The notes beneath the pieces were generated by a model, which saw only the letters and a program-made list of their open reading frames with translations, did not search any database and had not been told where the DNA came from. From a virus (Duplodnaviria; Caudoviricetes), in the IMG/VR virus record IMGVR_UViG_3300033076_000727, positions 1 through 28,775 of that record: a DNA stretch of 28,775 nucleotides. One strand, 5' to 3'. Shown here in pieces: positions 16,469-25,801 of this stretch; position 1 is the stretch's first letter, and every line of letters begins with the position of its first letter. Made by a program: the position numbers and the translations under genes.

Positions 16469-17749
16469 ATGAAGAATCTGATGGAAACAATTAGGGCAAT
16501 GGGTGTAAATACTCCTCGTCCCGGCACTGATGACAAAACTGTTCCTACAGTAAAGGGTGATATGCCTGCTGGTGAAGTCACCCCAAACCCTGCTGCCGAT
16601 TATCAAGCAGTAAAGAATAAAATGGCGCAAGTGAAGACTAAAATCATTGATGACGAATACAACTACGGAGAAGAAGATATGTCTCAAGACAAAGTGAGCG
16701 CCTCTTTCCTTGAGGCAATCAATAAAGTTAGAGCAAATGCTGCTGAACTTTCAGAAAAGAAACACAAGAAGGCAAAGCCTGATTTCCTAGATCTTGATAA
16801 GGACGGAAATAAGACAGAACCTATGAAGAAAGCTGCTAAAGAAGCAGAAGTCAAAGAAGACGCAGAACAAGTTGATGAAGTTCTCGATACCACTGCTAAA
16901 CGCAATGATTATAGAACAAAAGCAAATGCTAGCCTAGATTCATCAGTTAAGTCAGGCGACAAAGCAACTGCAAAGAAGAGAGACAAAGGTCTTGATATGG
17001 CATATGATAAAACCATCAAAGCTATAAAGAAAAGCAGAATGGCGAAGGAAGAAGTCGAAATCGAAGAATCCGCAACAATGGTTCTTCGTAAAGGTGGCGC
17101 AACCAAGCGTATGCGTTACAATCCACGCACCATCGAAAAGATGAAGGCTGAAGGTTGGGTTGTTGTGGCTGAAGATTTCGTAGAAAAAGTCAAAGCTCTA
17201 TTCTCTATTGAAGAAGATATTTCTGTTGAAGACGCAATTGCATTGGTAGAAGAAGAGCAGGCAAAGCGTGGTCGCGGTCGTCCTAAGAAGGCAGTTGATC
17301 CTAATGCAGCTCCTAAGCCAACTTGGAAGCCAGGTGGTCGCGGTCGTCCGCCGAAGAACAAAGACGCTGCGTCAAAAGTTTCAACATCTGATACCAAAGC
17401 AGCAGCTCCAGCAGCCAAGGCAGCAGAACCTGAGAAGTCAGATGCAGGCGATACTGAACACATTCTAGTTCAACTTCGCAAGGCAGCAAATAATGAGCGC
17501 GGCGAGCATGATTCTGGAACCAACACCATCAAGTATTTGAACAATACCACTGGTCAAATTTCAGCAGCACAAGCACGCAAAGCATTGACTGCCCATGACA
17601 GCTTAAAAACCGCAGGTGATCGCTTCAAAGCGCAGCGCCGCATGGGTGGAAGTCACGCAGGTATGCTTGCTCACATCGCAGGTAAAGCAGAAACAACAAC
17701 TGCCAAGCCTAAAGTTAGCCTAGCACAGCCAGGTTGGAATAAGAAGTAA
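16469..17749 (+). CDS. Charged low-complexity protein with two AT-hook-like motifs, probable internal head/core protein
   Basis: KRGRGRPKK and GGRGRPPK; EF-hand-like DLDKDGNKTE; many VKE/IEE-type sites. Confidence 0.55.
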   Translation: MKNLMETIRAMGVNTPRPGTDDKTVPTVKGDMPAGEVTPNPAADYQAVKNKMAQVKTKIIDDEYNYGEEDMSQDKVSASFLEAINKVRANAAELSEKKHKKAKPDFLDLDKDGNKTEPMKKAAKEAEVKEDAEQVDEVLDTTAKRNDYRTKANASLDSSVKSGDKATAKKRDKGLDMAYDKTIKAIKKSRMAKEEVEIEESATMVLRKGGATKRMRYNPRTIEKMKAEGWVVVAEDFVEKVKALFSIEEDISVEDAIALVEEEQAKRGRGRPKKAVDPNAAPKPTWKPGGRGRPPKNKDAASKVSTSDTKAAAPAAKAAEPEKSDAGDTEHILVQLRKAANNERGEHDSGTNTIKYLNNTTGQISAAQARKALTAHDSLKTAGDRFKAQRRMGGSHAGMLAHIAGKAETTTAKPKVSLAQPGWNKK

Positions 17750-18003
17750 TGGCAATCATTGCTAAGAAAATAATTACGGCATCATCAAAAGTGGTGCCGG
17801 AATTAAATCCAGAAACACCTGCGATTGAAGTCGAAGTGTTAGCTAAAACAGAAAAGGACGTTTCTAGAAAATTCGTTATTGAACGTAACAAAGTGAAGGG
17901 TGTTGCTTCTGGAGACACTGCTCTCGTTGTTAACGGCAAGAAGAAAAGTATCGGTAGAAAATCACACTTCTTGCTAGACATGTTAACTCTAGATGACGAA
18001 TAA
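17749..18003 (+). CDS. Hypothetical protein
   Basis: 84 aa ORF coupled to the previous gene (TAATG). Confidence 0.55.
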   Translation: MAIIAKKIITASSKVVPELNPETPAIEVEVLAKTEKDVSRKFVIERNKVKGVASGDTALVVNGKKKSIGRKSHFLLDMLTLDDE

Positions 18004-18006
18004 ATA
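18000..18006 (+). promoter_or_regulatory. T4-like late promoter (ATAAATA)
   Basis: Motif upstream of an AGGAGG RBS and a structural gene. Confidence 0.55.
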
Positions 18007-18031
18007 ATAAGAAATATCCTAGGAGGAAAAA

Positions 18032-18649
18032 ATGTCACAATGGAAAATGGATGACAGCGCAGCAAACTCAGTGAACTGGGCTGTTGCACAAGTCAAGAAA
18101 ACACCGAACACCGCAAACCGTGATGCTTTCTACGGCAACACTACTGCAAACGCATATTTCGATGGCGCCAAAGTGGGTCAATTCGCTGCTGACTCTAATG
18201 AAGTTGCAGCAAATCCTGCAATCGCACACACCGGCTGGGTCATTCGCACAGAAGGTTCTGGCGGACGTGCAGGTCGTGTATCATACGAAGTTCTAGTCGC
18301 TGGCGGCATTACTTCAGACGGTTCAGATGATACTGCAATGCCTGACTATAAGTTGCGTATCGTCACACAACCTACAGGTAACACTGCGAACACGACTGCA
18401 GGACAAACGGCTACCTTCCGTGTTGTCGGCGCATCTACACCTGCAGGCGCAACGTTGTCATATGCATGGACATATGCAAACGGCGATACACTCGCAACGG
18501 GTGCAAACGTTGGTACGACCACTGCAGCGAACCTCGTTGTCAACTCAGCAGTTGTTACTACGAATACTTCATTCAAAGTTACCATCAGCTCAACTGGCGG
18601 CGCAGCTTCTGTAACGTCTTCGAACGCTACTTTGACAATTACAACCTAA
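18032..18649 (+). CDS. Virion structural protein with a C-terminal Ig-like domain
   Basis: AHTGWV...GSGGRAGRVSYEVLVA; C-terminal IVTQP...ATFRV...LSYAW...SVTSSNATLTI Ig-like pattern. Confidence 0.7.
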   Translation: MSQWKMDDSAANSVNWAVAQVKKTPNTANRDAFYGNTTANAYFDGAKVGQFAADSNEVAANPAIAHTGWVIRTEGSGGRAGRVSYEVLVAGGITSDGSDDTAMPDYKLRIVTQPTGNTANTTAGQTATFRVVGASTPAGATLSYAWTYANGDTLATGANVGTTTAANLVVNSAVVTTNTSFKVTISSTGGAASVTSSNATLTITT

Positions 18650-18659
18650 TAGGTGATTT

Positions 18660-19178
18660 ATGACTGATAGAGCGAAGAAAATTAGTGAACTTCAGGTGAC
18701 CACTTCGGTGGCTACTACTGATAAGATTGTTGTGTTGAAGGACGCAGCTAATGCGTCAATTGCTTCAACAAAAGCAATGTCCATTAATTCCTTCGCTCAA
18801 TCAATCACACCATTAGTTCAAGCGAATATACCTAACACAACTGTTATATCAAACAGTATTGTTATTGCATCAAACGGAACAACGCCAGTCCCATTTTTAG
18901 TATATGATATTGGGCCTGGCAAAACAGGATGCTGCCAAGTAACACTCCATGCTCGTGACAATTACACGAATACTATAACTGGCGGATCAATTTCAGTTGT
19001 CGCAATGGGCAGTGATGCGAATTTGGCTGTATATACAACGCAAATTGGACCGACTCAAATCGGATTTGGTTTAGCTCCACTAGTTAATACTGCCGCAAAT
19101 ACTGTAACTTTGTATTTTGCTAGAGATGCAGCGGCAACAACTAACGTTAACATCAGATATTCGGCCACTATATTCTGA
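18660..19178 (+). CDS. Probable virion structural protein
   Basis: KKISELQ N-terminus seen in fibre/decoration proteins; Thr/Asn/Ile-rich. Confidence 0.5.
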   Translation: MTDRAKKISELQVTTSVATTDKIVVLKDAANASIASTKAMSINSFAQSITPLVQANIPNTTVISNSIVIASNGTTPVPFLVYDIGPGKTGCCQVTLHARDNYTNTITGGSISVVAMGSDANLAVYTTQIGPTQIGFGLAPLVNTAANTVTLYFARDAAATTNVNIRYSATIF

Positions 19179-19180
19179 TA

Positions 19181-19573
19181 ATGTTTGAACGTATTGATGA
19201 TTCCAATTTTATTCTGTATTGCGCGAAAAATTATGACAACACACAATGTCATGATACTGAAGAATTCTATGAAGATTTGAGACGCATCAAATACATCAAA
19301 AAACTAATAACTCGTTATGCTGTTACTGGTGATTTGAAAGAGCGTTTGATATTAAATCACTTGATAATCTTGCAAAACGTATTCGGGCCAACGGTACTTT
19401 GCAAGATTATTTTTTTGAAGATGGATAAGCAACTCAAGTATATCAAACCGTTTTTGGTCATGTTAAATATATTACCTGATAGAGTTTACAATATCGGTAA
19501 AGAAGGCAAGACTTACGTCACAGACGAGATCGAGATGGATCAAACTATAATAGACGCATTGAGGAAGATATGA
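19181..19573 (+). CDS. Conserved hypothetical protein of T4-like phages
   Basis: NFILYCAKNYDN...EFYEDLRRIKYIKKL...LKERLILNHLIIL.NVFG. Confidence 0.75.
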   Translation: MFERIDDSNFILYCAKNYDNTQCHDTEEFYEDLRRIKYIKKLITRYAVTGDLKERLILNHLIILQNVFGPTVLCKIIFLKMDKQLKYIKPFLVMLNILPDRVYNIGKEGKTYVTDEIEMDQTIIDALRKI

Positions 19574-19737
19574 AAACTTTCAAAGAAAAAATCGCAGAGG
19601 ATGCAGCAGCAGTTGCAACCAATACTACTGCGGGAGTTGCGTCTTTAAATGCAAATGATCCGACCAATCCGCCTGTATTCAAGAAGCGTCAGCCAAAAAT
19701 CCTCAAATCAATACTTAAGAGAAGAGCGCCCGTATGA
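19570..19737 (+). CDS. Small protein (55 aa) with a near-canonical T4 capsid-targeting N-terminus
   Basis: Manual translation MKTFKEKIAEDAAAVATNTTAGVASLNANDPTNPPVFKKRQPKILKSILKRRAPV*; GAGG RBS; ATGA overlaps at both ends. Confidence 0.7.
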   Translation: MKTFKEKIAEDAAAVATNTTAGVASLNANDPTNPPVFKKRQPKILKSILKRRAPV

Positions 19738-20207
19738 CTGACATTAGCGATCTAGCAAAGGAAGTAGGTCAATTGAAAACAGATATGGCGCAAGTGAATA
19801 CGCTTGTCGACCGTCTTGACCTAACTATCGAAAAATTAACAGAAGTATCCACCACTGTATCCCAGTTGCTAGCTGTCCAGGGTAGTCGTCTGGAACAGCA
19901 AGAGAAGTCGAGCGCGCAGTTTTCTATGCTGCTTGAAAAAAGAAGGGATGAAGCGATGGAAAACGCTGATATGCTCCATAAACGTATAACATCCGCCGAG
20001 AAAGATTTCAAGCAAGAAATTGAGAAGTTGAACAACAAAATTCTTGACGAAATGAAAGCGATGCGCGAGGACAATAGTAGACAGCAAGCTGAAATGATAA
20101 AAAAGATCACCGACCTAGAGAAGTGGGTATGGATCGTTTCTGGCGGTGCCGCTGTGGTCGGATTCCTAGCTTCGCATGTGATTGACCTGTCCAAATTTTT
20201 CGGTTGA
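19734..20207 (+). CDS. Coiled-coil protein with a C-terminal transmembrane helix
   Basis: Heptad-rich body, then LEKWVWIVSGGAAVVGFLAS. Confidence 0.7.
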   Translation: MTDISDLAKEVGQLKTDMAQVNTLVDRLDLTIEKLTEVSTTVSQLLAVQGSRLEQQEKSSAQFSMLLEKRRDEAMENADMLHKRITSAEKDFKQEIEKLNNKILDEMKAMREDNSRQQAEMIKKITDLEKWVWIVSGGAAVVGFLASHVIDLSKFFG

Positions 20208-20231
20208 CACTTCTAACACGACCTGTATAAT
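20204..20231 (+). promoter_or_regulatory. Sigma70-type promoter for the primase-thyX-nrd operon
   Basis: GG-TTGACA-N16-TATAAT. Confidence 0.75.
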
Positions 20232-20265
20232 CACCGTGTAGGTGTAAAATACATAGGACTATATA

Positions 20266-21330
20266 ATGTCGTGGCTTGAACAAAAATATATCAATCTTCT
20301 ATCCACAAAACTCCAACGTTTCAAGCGCAAATCAGGAGTTTTGTGGAATTTTCGTTGTCCCATCTGTGGTGACAGTGATACCAACAAAGCGAAAGCTCGC
20401 GGTTACATTTATGTGAACAAAGGCGAATATCTATTCCATTGTCACAACTGTAACGATACGAAGTCGTTCAAAAACTTCATCAAACTCATTGACGTTAATT
20501 TGCACAATGAGTATGCGCTAGAACTCCTTAAAGAAAAAGGTCAAGGCAAACCGCCGCAGGAGATTATTCCTGAGGTCAAAATGGCGCAACCTAAATTCAA
20601 GAAACAAGATGACCCATTGAAGTTGTTGAAGAAGATTTCGTCAATGACTAATCATCCTGCGAAACGTTACGTTGTGTCTCGTCAAATTCCGACGCCGTAT
20701 CATGCTAAACTATACTATTGCTCAAAGTTTAAGTCGTGGGTCAATACGTTTATGCCTGGAAAATTTCGTGACACCACGATTGACGAACCACGACTGGTTA
20801 TTCCATTCATGAATGACAATGGAGAGATGATCGGATTGCAAGGCAGATCGTTTAATCCTGACGATAAGCTACGATATATAACACTCATGGTTGATGAGAA
20901 CTACCCTAGATTGTATGGAATGGATGCGATTGACACAAGAGATACGATTTACGTCTTTGAAGGTCCTATCGACTCCATGTTTATTCCCAACAGTATCGCA
21001 AGTGCTGGCGGTGAAATCGTGCGGGAACTACCCAAATTAGGAGTTGACAAAACACAATATGTTGTTGTATATGATAATGAGCCACGCAATAAAGACACAG
21101 TGAAGAAGATGGAACATGCCATCGCTGCCGGTTATTCGGTATGTGTCTGGCCTGATACAATTACGAAAAAAGACATTAACGATATGGTCAAAGCAGAAAT
21201 CAAAGATTTCAGTTTCGTCAATACCGAATACATTGGTCGGGTGACAACCCGTCTTAGAAAGATTATTGATCAGAACACATACTCTGATCTGCAAGCGAAA
21301 TTAAAATTGGCTGAATGGAGAAAATGCTAA
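20266..21330 (+). CDS. 61: DNA primase (T4 gp61-like)
   Basis: Zn finger RCPICGDS...FHCHNC, PRLVIPF, QGRS, TOPRIM EGPIDS and YDNEPRN, KDINDM. Confidence 0.96.
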   Translation: MSWLEQKYINLLSTKLQRFKRKSGVLWNFRCPICGDSDTNKAKARGYIYVNKGEYLFHCHNCNDTKSFKNFIKLIDVNLHNEYALELLKEKGQGKPPQEIIPEVKMAQPKFKKQDDPLKLLKKISSMTNHPAKRYVVSRQIPTPYHAKLYYCSKFKSWVNTFMPGKFRDTTIDEPRLVIPFMNDNGEMIGLQGRSFNPDDKLRYITLMVDENYPRLYGMDAIDTRDTIYVFEGPIDSMFIPNSIASAGGEIVRELPKLGVDKTQYVVVYDNEPRNKDTVKKMEHAIAAGYSVCVWPDTITKKDINDMVKAEIKDFSFVNTEYIGRVTTRLRKIIDQNTYSDLQAKLKLAEWRKC

Positions 21331-22016
21331 TGAAAGTGAAATTGTTTGGTCATACGACACCTGTTGATGATTTAGACATTGAAGGTCTTGATGACGTTCA
21401 GGATTTGATTGCTTACTGTGCTAAAGTGTCGAACCCACAGTTTCAAAATAACTTTGAGACATCTGAGCGTCTTCTGACTTATCTTGCGGAACATTCACAC
21501 TGGTCACCTTTTGAAATGGCGAGTGTCACTATCGAAATTGAAACGACTCGTGACATTGCGCGACAGATTCTGCGACACCGTTCATTCTCGTTCCAGGAGT
21601 TCAGTCAGCGCTATAAAGAAGTTGACGCATTGGGGGAAGCATTTGTTATTCGTGAAGCACGGTTGCAACACCCAAAGAATCGTCAAGATTCTGTCGAATT
21701 GAATATGGATCGTCCATTTGATCGTGATCTAGATCGTGAATGGCGTCTTATGCAAGAAAAATCAATTGCTGTTGCAAAAGAAGCATATGATTGGGCTTTG
21801 AGCAAAGGAATTGCAAAAGAAGTTGCAAGGGCTGTTCTGCCCGAAGGAAATACAGTGTCTCGTCTCTATATGCAAGGCACAGTTCGTTCATGGATTCATT
21901 ATATTCAACTACGCTCAGGTAACGGGACACAAAAAGAACATATGGAAATTGCTATTGAGGTGGCAAAGGCAATCCATAAAATCTTCCCGCTATCTGAAAA
22001 ATTCATCAGTAATTAA
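21330..22016 (+). CDS. thyX: Flavin-dependent thymidylate synthase
   Basis: HWSPFE, RQILRHRSFSFQEFSQRY, KEVARAVLP, TQKEH. Start at 21324 or 21330 after GGAG (ORF track opens at 21315). Confidence 0.95.
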   Translation: MKVKLFGHTTPVDDLDIEGLDDVQDLIAYCAKVSNPQFQNNFETSERLLTYLAEHSHWSPFEMASVTIEIETTRDIARQILRHRSFSFQEFSQRYKEVDALGEAFVIREARLQHPKNRQDSVELNMDRPFDRDLDREWRLMQEKSIAVAKEAYDWALSKGIAKEVARAVLPEGNTVSRLYMQGTVRSWIHYIQLRSGNGTQKEHMEIAIEVAKAIHKIFPLSEKFISN

Positions 22017-22027
22017 AAGAGGTAACA

Positions 22028-22999
22028 ATGCTTTTTGAAGAGCAAATTGCGAGAAAGCCAGATCAGTATCCATGGACAAAGCAGTTCATTGATGCGATTT
22101 GGCAAGGTTTCTGGACTCCTGACGAGTTCAATTTCCGTGCTGACTATTCACAATTCAAAACTGATTTGTCGCCTAAAGAACAGGAAGTCGTTGTTCGTGC
22201 TTTGTCTGCTATCGGACAAATTGAAGTCGCGGTCAAGACGTTCTGGGCAAGAATTGGCGATCACATGCCACATCCGTCAATTCGTGACTTGGGCTTTGCT
22301 ATGGCAAATTCAGAGGTCATACATAATCTAGCATACGAAAAATTGCTAGACGTATTGCATCTCACACATGTCTTTGAACAAAACCTCAATGAGGAAGTTA
22401 TCAAGGGTCGTGTAAACTATCTAAGAAAATATTTGAAAAAAGCATACAAGGATGACAAAAAGCAATATGTTTACGCTATCACGTTGTTCACTTTGTTTGT
22501 CGAAAACGTGAGTTTGTTCTCACAGTTCTATGTTATCATGCACTTCAATCGTAACCGTGCTATTCTGAAAGATTGCGCTCAGCAAGTTCAATATACTCGT
22601 AACGAAGAAATGCTACACGCTCAGGTTGGTATCAAATTGATCAACACTTTGCGTGAAGAATATCCTGAACTGTTTGATGAAGAACTTGAAAAGCGCATTG
22701 CAGAAGAGTGCATTGACTCGTTGAAAGCAGAAGCAAAGGTTATTGATTGGATCGTTGGCGATCTGAAATTGCCGGGACTTGACGCTGCTATTCTCAAGAG
22801 TTTCATCGCAAAGCGTATGGCAGATTCACTTGATCAGATTGGTTTCGATTCTTCAAAGATTTATTACGACCCTGAACACATCAAGCAAACATATTGGTTT
22901 GATGAAGAACTTCTAGGTTCAAACATGACTGACTTCTTTCAGAAGCGACCTGTTGAGTATGCACGAGGAACAGCAATTACAGCAGACGATCTATTCTAA
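22028..22999 (+). CDS. nrdB: Ribonucleotide reductase class I beta subunit
   Basis: FWTPDE, QIEVAVK, SEVIHNLAY, ENVSLFSQF, RNEEMLH, DFFQKRPVEY. Confidence 0.95.
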   Translation: MLFEEQIARKPDQYPWTKQFIDAIWQGFWTPDEFNFRADYSQFKTDLSPKEQEVVVRALSAIGQIEVAVKTFWARIGDHMPHPSIRDLGFAMANSEVIHNLAYEKLLDVLHLTHVFEQNLNEEVIKGRVNYLRKYLKKAYKDDKKQYVYAITLFTLFVENVSLFSQFYVIMHFNRNRAILKDCAQQVQYTRNEEMLHAQVGIKLINTLREEYPELFDEELEKRIAEECIDSLKAEAKVIDWIVGDLKLPGLDAAILKSFIAKRMADSLDQIGFDSSKIYYDPEHIKQTYWFDEELLGSNMTDFFQKRPVEYARGTAITADDLF

Positions 23000-23009
23000 G
23001 GAGAACAAA

Positions 23010-24677
23010 ATGGGATTTGAATGGGCAAATGAAGACTCACGAACTTTCCTCTCACGGGGTTATATTGACGGCAATATGACAGTTGAAGAGCGAGTTCGTG
23101 AAATCGCAAAGGCAGCGGAAAAGATTCTAGATAAACCAGGATTCGCTGATAAATTTTATGACTATATGAGCAAGGGGTACTACTCCTTGTCCTCGCCCGT
23201 ATGGGCAAACTTCGGAACTGATAAGGGATTGCCGATTTCTTGTAATGGTGTCTATATTGATGATACCGTTGAATCTTTCTTCGACAAACTAGGTGAAGTC
23301 GGTATTCAATCAAAGAATGGCGCAGGAACTTCTGGTTATTTTGGGAAGATTAGACCTCGTGGCGCTGATGTCCGTGGCGGTCGTAATGGCAAAGCAAACG
23401 GTCCTGCTTATTACATGGCGCTATGGGATACTGCTGTTGACGTAATCAGTCAGGGTTCAACTCGTCGTGGTTCATTCGCTGCATACCTCGACATTGAACA
23501 CAAAGACATCATGGAATTCCTGGAAATTCGTGAAGTCGGCGCTCCTGTTCAAAATCTTTCACTCGGTGTTTGTATCACTGACAAGTGGATGGAAGAAATG
23601 ATTGCGGGTGACGCACAGAAACGCGAAGTGTGGGCAAGAGTCCTGCGTAAGCGTCGTGAATCTGGTTACCCGTATTTGTTCTTCACTGATACCGTGAACA
23701 AAAACAAACCACAAGTTTTGAAAGACAAAAACATTCCGATTTGGGCATCCAATCTTTGCTCTGAAATCGCTTTGCCGTCATCTAACGATGAATCTTTTGT
23801 TTGCAATCTTGCATCAATGAATATTCTCACGTTTGACGAATGGGTAAACACTGACGCAGTTGAAGTGATGACATGGTTCCTTGATGCAGTCATGGAAGAA
23901 TACATCGAAAAAACTGACGGTGTTCGCTATATGGAACCATCAAATAACTTTGCTCGTCGTTGGCGTGCATTGGGATTGGGTCAACTCGGTTGGCATTCGT
24001 ATTTGCAATCAAAGATGATTCCGTTTGAATCGTTTGACGCTCACATGCTTGCTATCAAAATCAGCAAGTTCATTGATGACCGTTCATTGATTGCATCGAA
24101 AGAACTCGCTGAAGAATATGGTGAACCAGAAGGACTACTCGGCTATGGTGTTCGCAACCTTACACGCACTGCTATTGCACCGACAACTTCTTCTAGTTTC
24201 ATTCTCGGACAAGTATCACCATCTATCGAACCGCTTGCATCGAATTATTTCACAAAAGATCTTGCAAAAGGTAAGTTCACATACAAGAACCCATACCTAG
24301 ATGGCGTAATTCAAGATCATGTCAGTCATGGCGACACGACTATGAGTTACACTGAAATTTGGGAATCAATTCTAATCCGTGGCGGTTCTGTGCAACACCT
24401 AGATTTCTTGTCACAAAATGAAAAAGATGTATTCAAGACATTCAGCGAAATTGCACCTATCAGCATTGTGCAACAAGCAGCAGCACGTCAAAAATACATA
24501 GACCAGTCGCAATCGCTAAACATTCTAATTGCGCCGGAAGTTTCAGCGAAAGATGTAAATGCTCTAATCATTGAAGGTTGGAGATTGGGTGTAAAAACAT
24601 TCTACTATCAACGTTCAGCAAATCCCGCACAACAGTTGGTAAGAGACATTATGACATGTGCGTCTTGTGAAGCATGA
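23010..24677 (+). CDS. nrdA: Ribonucleotide reductase class I alpha subunit (short, no ATP cone)
   Basis: LPISC, SNLCSEI, CNLAS, APTTSSS, DQSQSLN, KTFYYQR, C-terminal CASCEA; AAGGAG RBS before the ATG at 23010. Confidence 0.95.
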   Translation: MGFEWANEDSRTFLSRGYIDGNMTVEERVREIAKAAEKILDKPGFADKFYDYMSKGYYSLSSPVWANFGTDKGLPISCNGVYIDDTVESFFDKLGEVGIQSKNGAGTSGYFGKIRPRGADVRGGRNGKANGPAYYMALWDTAVDVISQGSTRRGSFAAYLDIEHKDIMEFLEIREVGAPVQNLSLGVCITDKWMEEMIAGDAQKREVWARVLRKRRESGYPYLFFTDTVNKNKPQVLKDKNIPIWASNLCSEIALPSSNDESFVCNLASMNILTFDEWVNTDAVEVMTWFLDAVMEEYIEKTDGVRYMEPSNNFARRWRALGLGQLGWHSYLQSKMIPFESFDAHMLAIKISKFIDDRSLIASKELAEEYGEPEGLLGYGVRNLTRTAIAPTTSSSFILGQVSPSIEPLASNYFTKDLAKGKFTYKNPYLDGVIQDHVSHGDTTMSYTEIWESILIRGGSVQHLDFLSQNEKDVFKTFSEIAPISIVQQAAARQKYIDQSQSLNILIAPEVSAKDVNALIIEGWRLGVKTFYYQRSANPAQQLVRDIMTCASCEA

Positions 24678-24886
24678 TTTTACAACTCAACCCACCATTG
24701 CCGGTTGATACCCCTAAAGGATCTGCTTGGGCCCATTTTCTGATTGATTATGGGCCTGAGTCAGATCTATACTGGGTTTGTTTTATTGATGAGACAGGTG
24801 AATGTTGGACATGGGGTAACAAGCATATCAGAGCGCAGAAAAACATAACTCTAGATAGGAATAAATTACATGGACACGATAATTAG
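24674..24886 (+). CDS. Hypothetical phage protein
   Basis: MILQLNPPLPVDTPKG...IDYG...WVCFIDETGECWTW; ATGA overlap with nrdA. Confidence 0.7.
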   Translation: MILQLNPPLPVDTPKGSAWAHFLIDYGPESDLYWVCFIDETGECWTWGNKHIRAQKNITLDRNKLHGHDN

Positions 24887-25526
24887 AGACGATATAACTG
24901 CATGGAACAAACTCCCGCGCAGTCGTTGGATGTTGAATAAACTCTACGTTCAACAACGTCTAGGGAATGTATGTGGTCCTGTCGGAATAGAACCTCCGGA
25001 ATATCCCGTTTGGGTTAAACCTGTTATCAACGTTCACGGATTGGGCATAGGTTCAAAGAAAGTCATGTCAAAGGATGATATGAAATATGAACCTGGAATG
25101 ATGTGGATGCCATTTTATACTGGTGAACACATTAGTTACGACATAAAGTATGAGCATAACGAGATAGTTGAAGTATATGCCGCTAGAGGTTTGAATGGTC
25201 CCAACTTCACCGAATGGCAAGTTGAAAAAATTGAACCTGATAATAGATTAAAATTCCTCGTGTATAAATTATCAGTGTGCGGGGAACTGCCCATATATTT
25301 CAATATAGAAACTATAGGCGGCAATCTTATTGAATGTCATCCTAGATGGGCAGACGAGTTTGTGGATTATTATGACAAATGTCCGTTTGAACAACATGTT
25401 ATATGGAACTCAGACATCAACACAGAAACACCCGAAGGTTGGATTGATTGCAGAAAAGATCCGTGTAACCAATGGACGGGCGAAATGAAAAGAATAGCTT
25501 ACACTTACAAATTTAAGGAGAATTAA
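24870..25526 (+). CDS. ATP-grasp-like protein
   Basis: YPVWVKP...G.G, WMPFYTGEHISYD, FNIE...LIECHPR resemble ATP-grasp motifs. Confidence 0.5.
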   Translation: MDTIIRDDITAWNKLPRSRWMLNKLYVQQRLGNVCGPVGIEPPEYPVWVKPVINVHGLGIGSKKVMSKDDMKYEPGMMWMPFYTGEHISYDIKYEHNEIVEVYAARGLNGPNFTEWQVEKIEPDNRLKFLVYKLSVCGELPIYFNIETIGGNLIECHPRWADEFVDYYDKCPFEQHVIWNSDINTETPEGWIDCRKDPCNQWTGEMKRIAYTYKFKEN

Positions 25527-25527
25527 C

Positions 25528-25755
25528 ATGGGATGGGCAAGTGGATCACGCTTAGCATCAGAATTAATTGAAGCATTGGCAGAAATCGTTGATGACGATG
25601 ATGTTCGCCAAACATTTTATTCTAGAATGATTGAAATTTTCGAAGATCATGATTGCGACACTCTTGATGAATGTTGCGGAATTGATGCTGCTTTTGACGA
25701 AGCATTTGACGAATATACTGAAATAGACGCAACTGATTGGTCTGAAGAAGAATAA
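25528..25755 (+). CDS. Acidic hypothetical protein
   Basis: 75 aa; AAGGAG RBS; MGWASGS...FEDHDCD. Confidence 0.7.
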   Translation: MGWASGSRLASELIEALAEIVDDDDVRQTFYSRMIEIFEDHDCDTLDECCGIDAAFDEAFDEYTEIDATDWSEEE

Positions 25756-25801
25756 GTAGTGTTCGCCCTCATATATAACACAACATATATGAGGACTTAC
25801 T

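Noticed and set aside
2136-24677. Introns or inteins in gp43, gp41, primase, thyX or nrdA/B
   Set aside because: All are continuous, of ordinary length, and without splicing motifs or insertions
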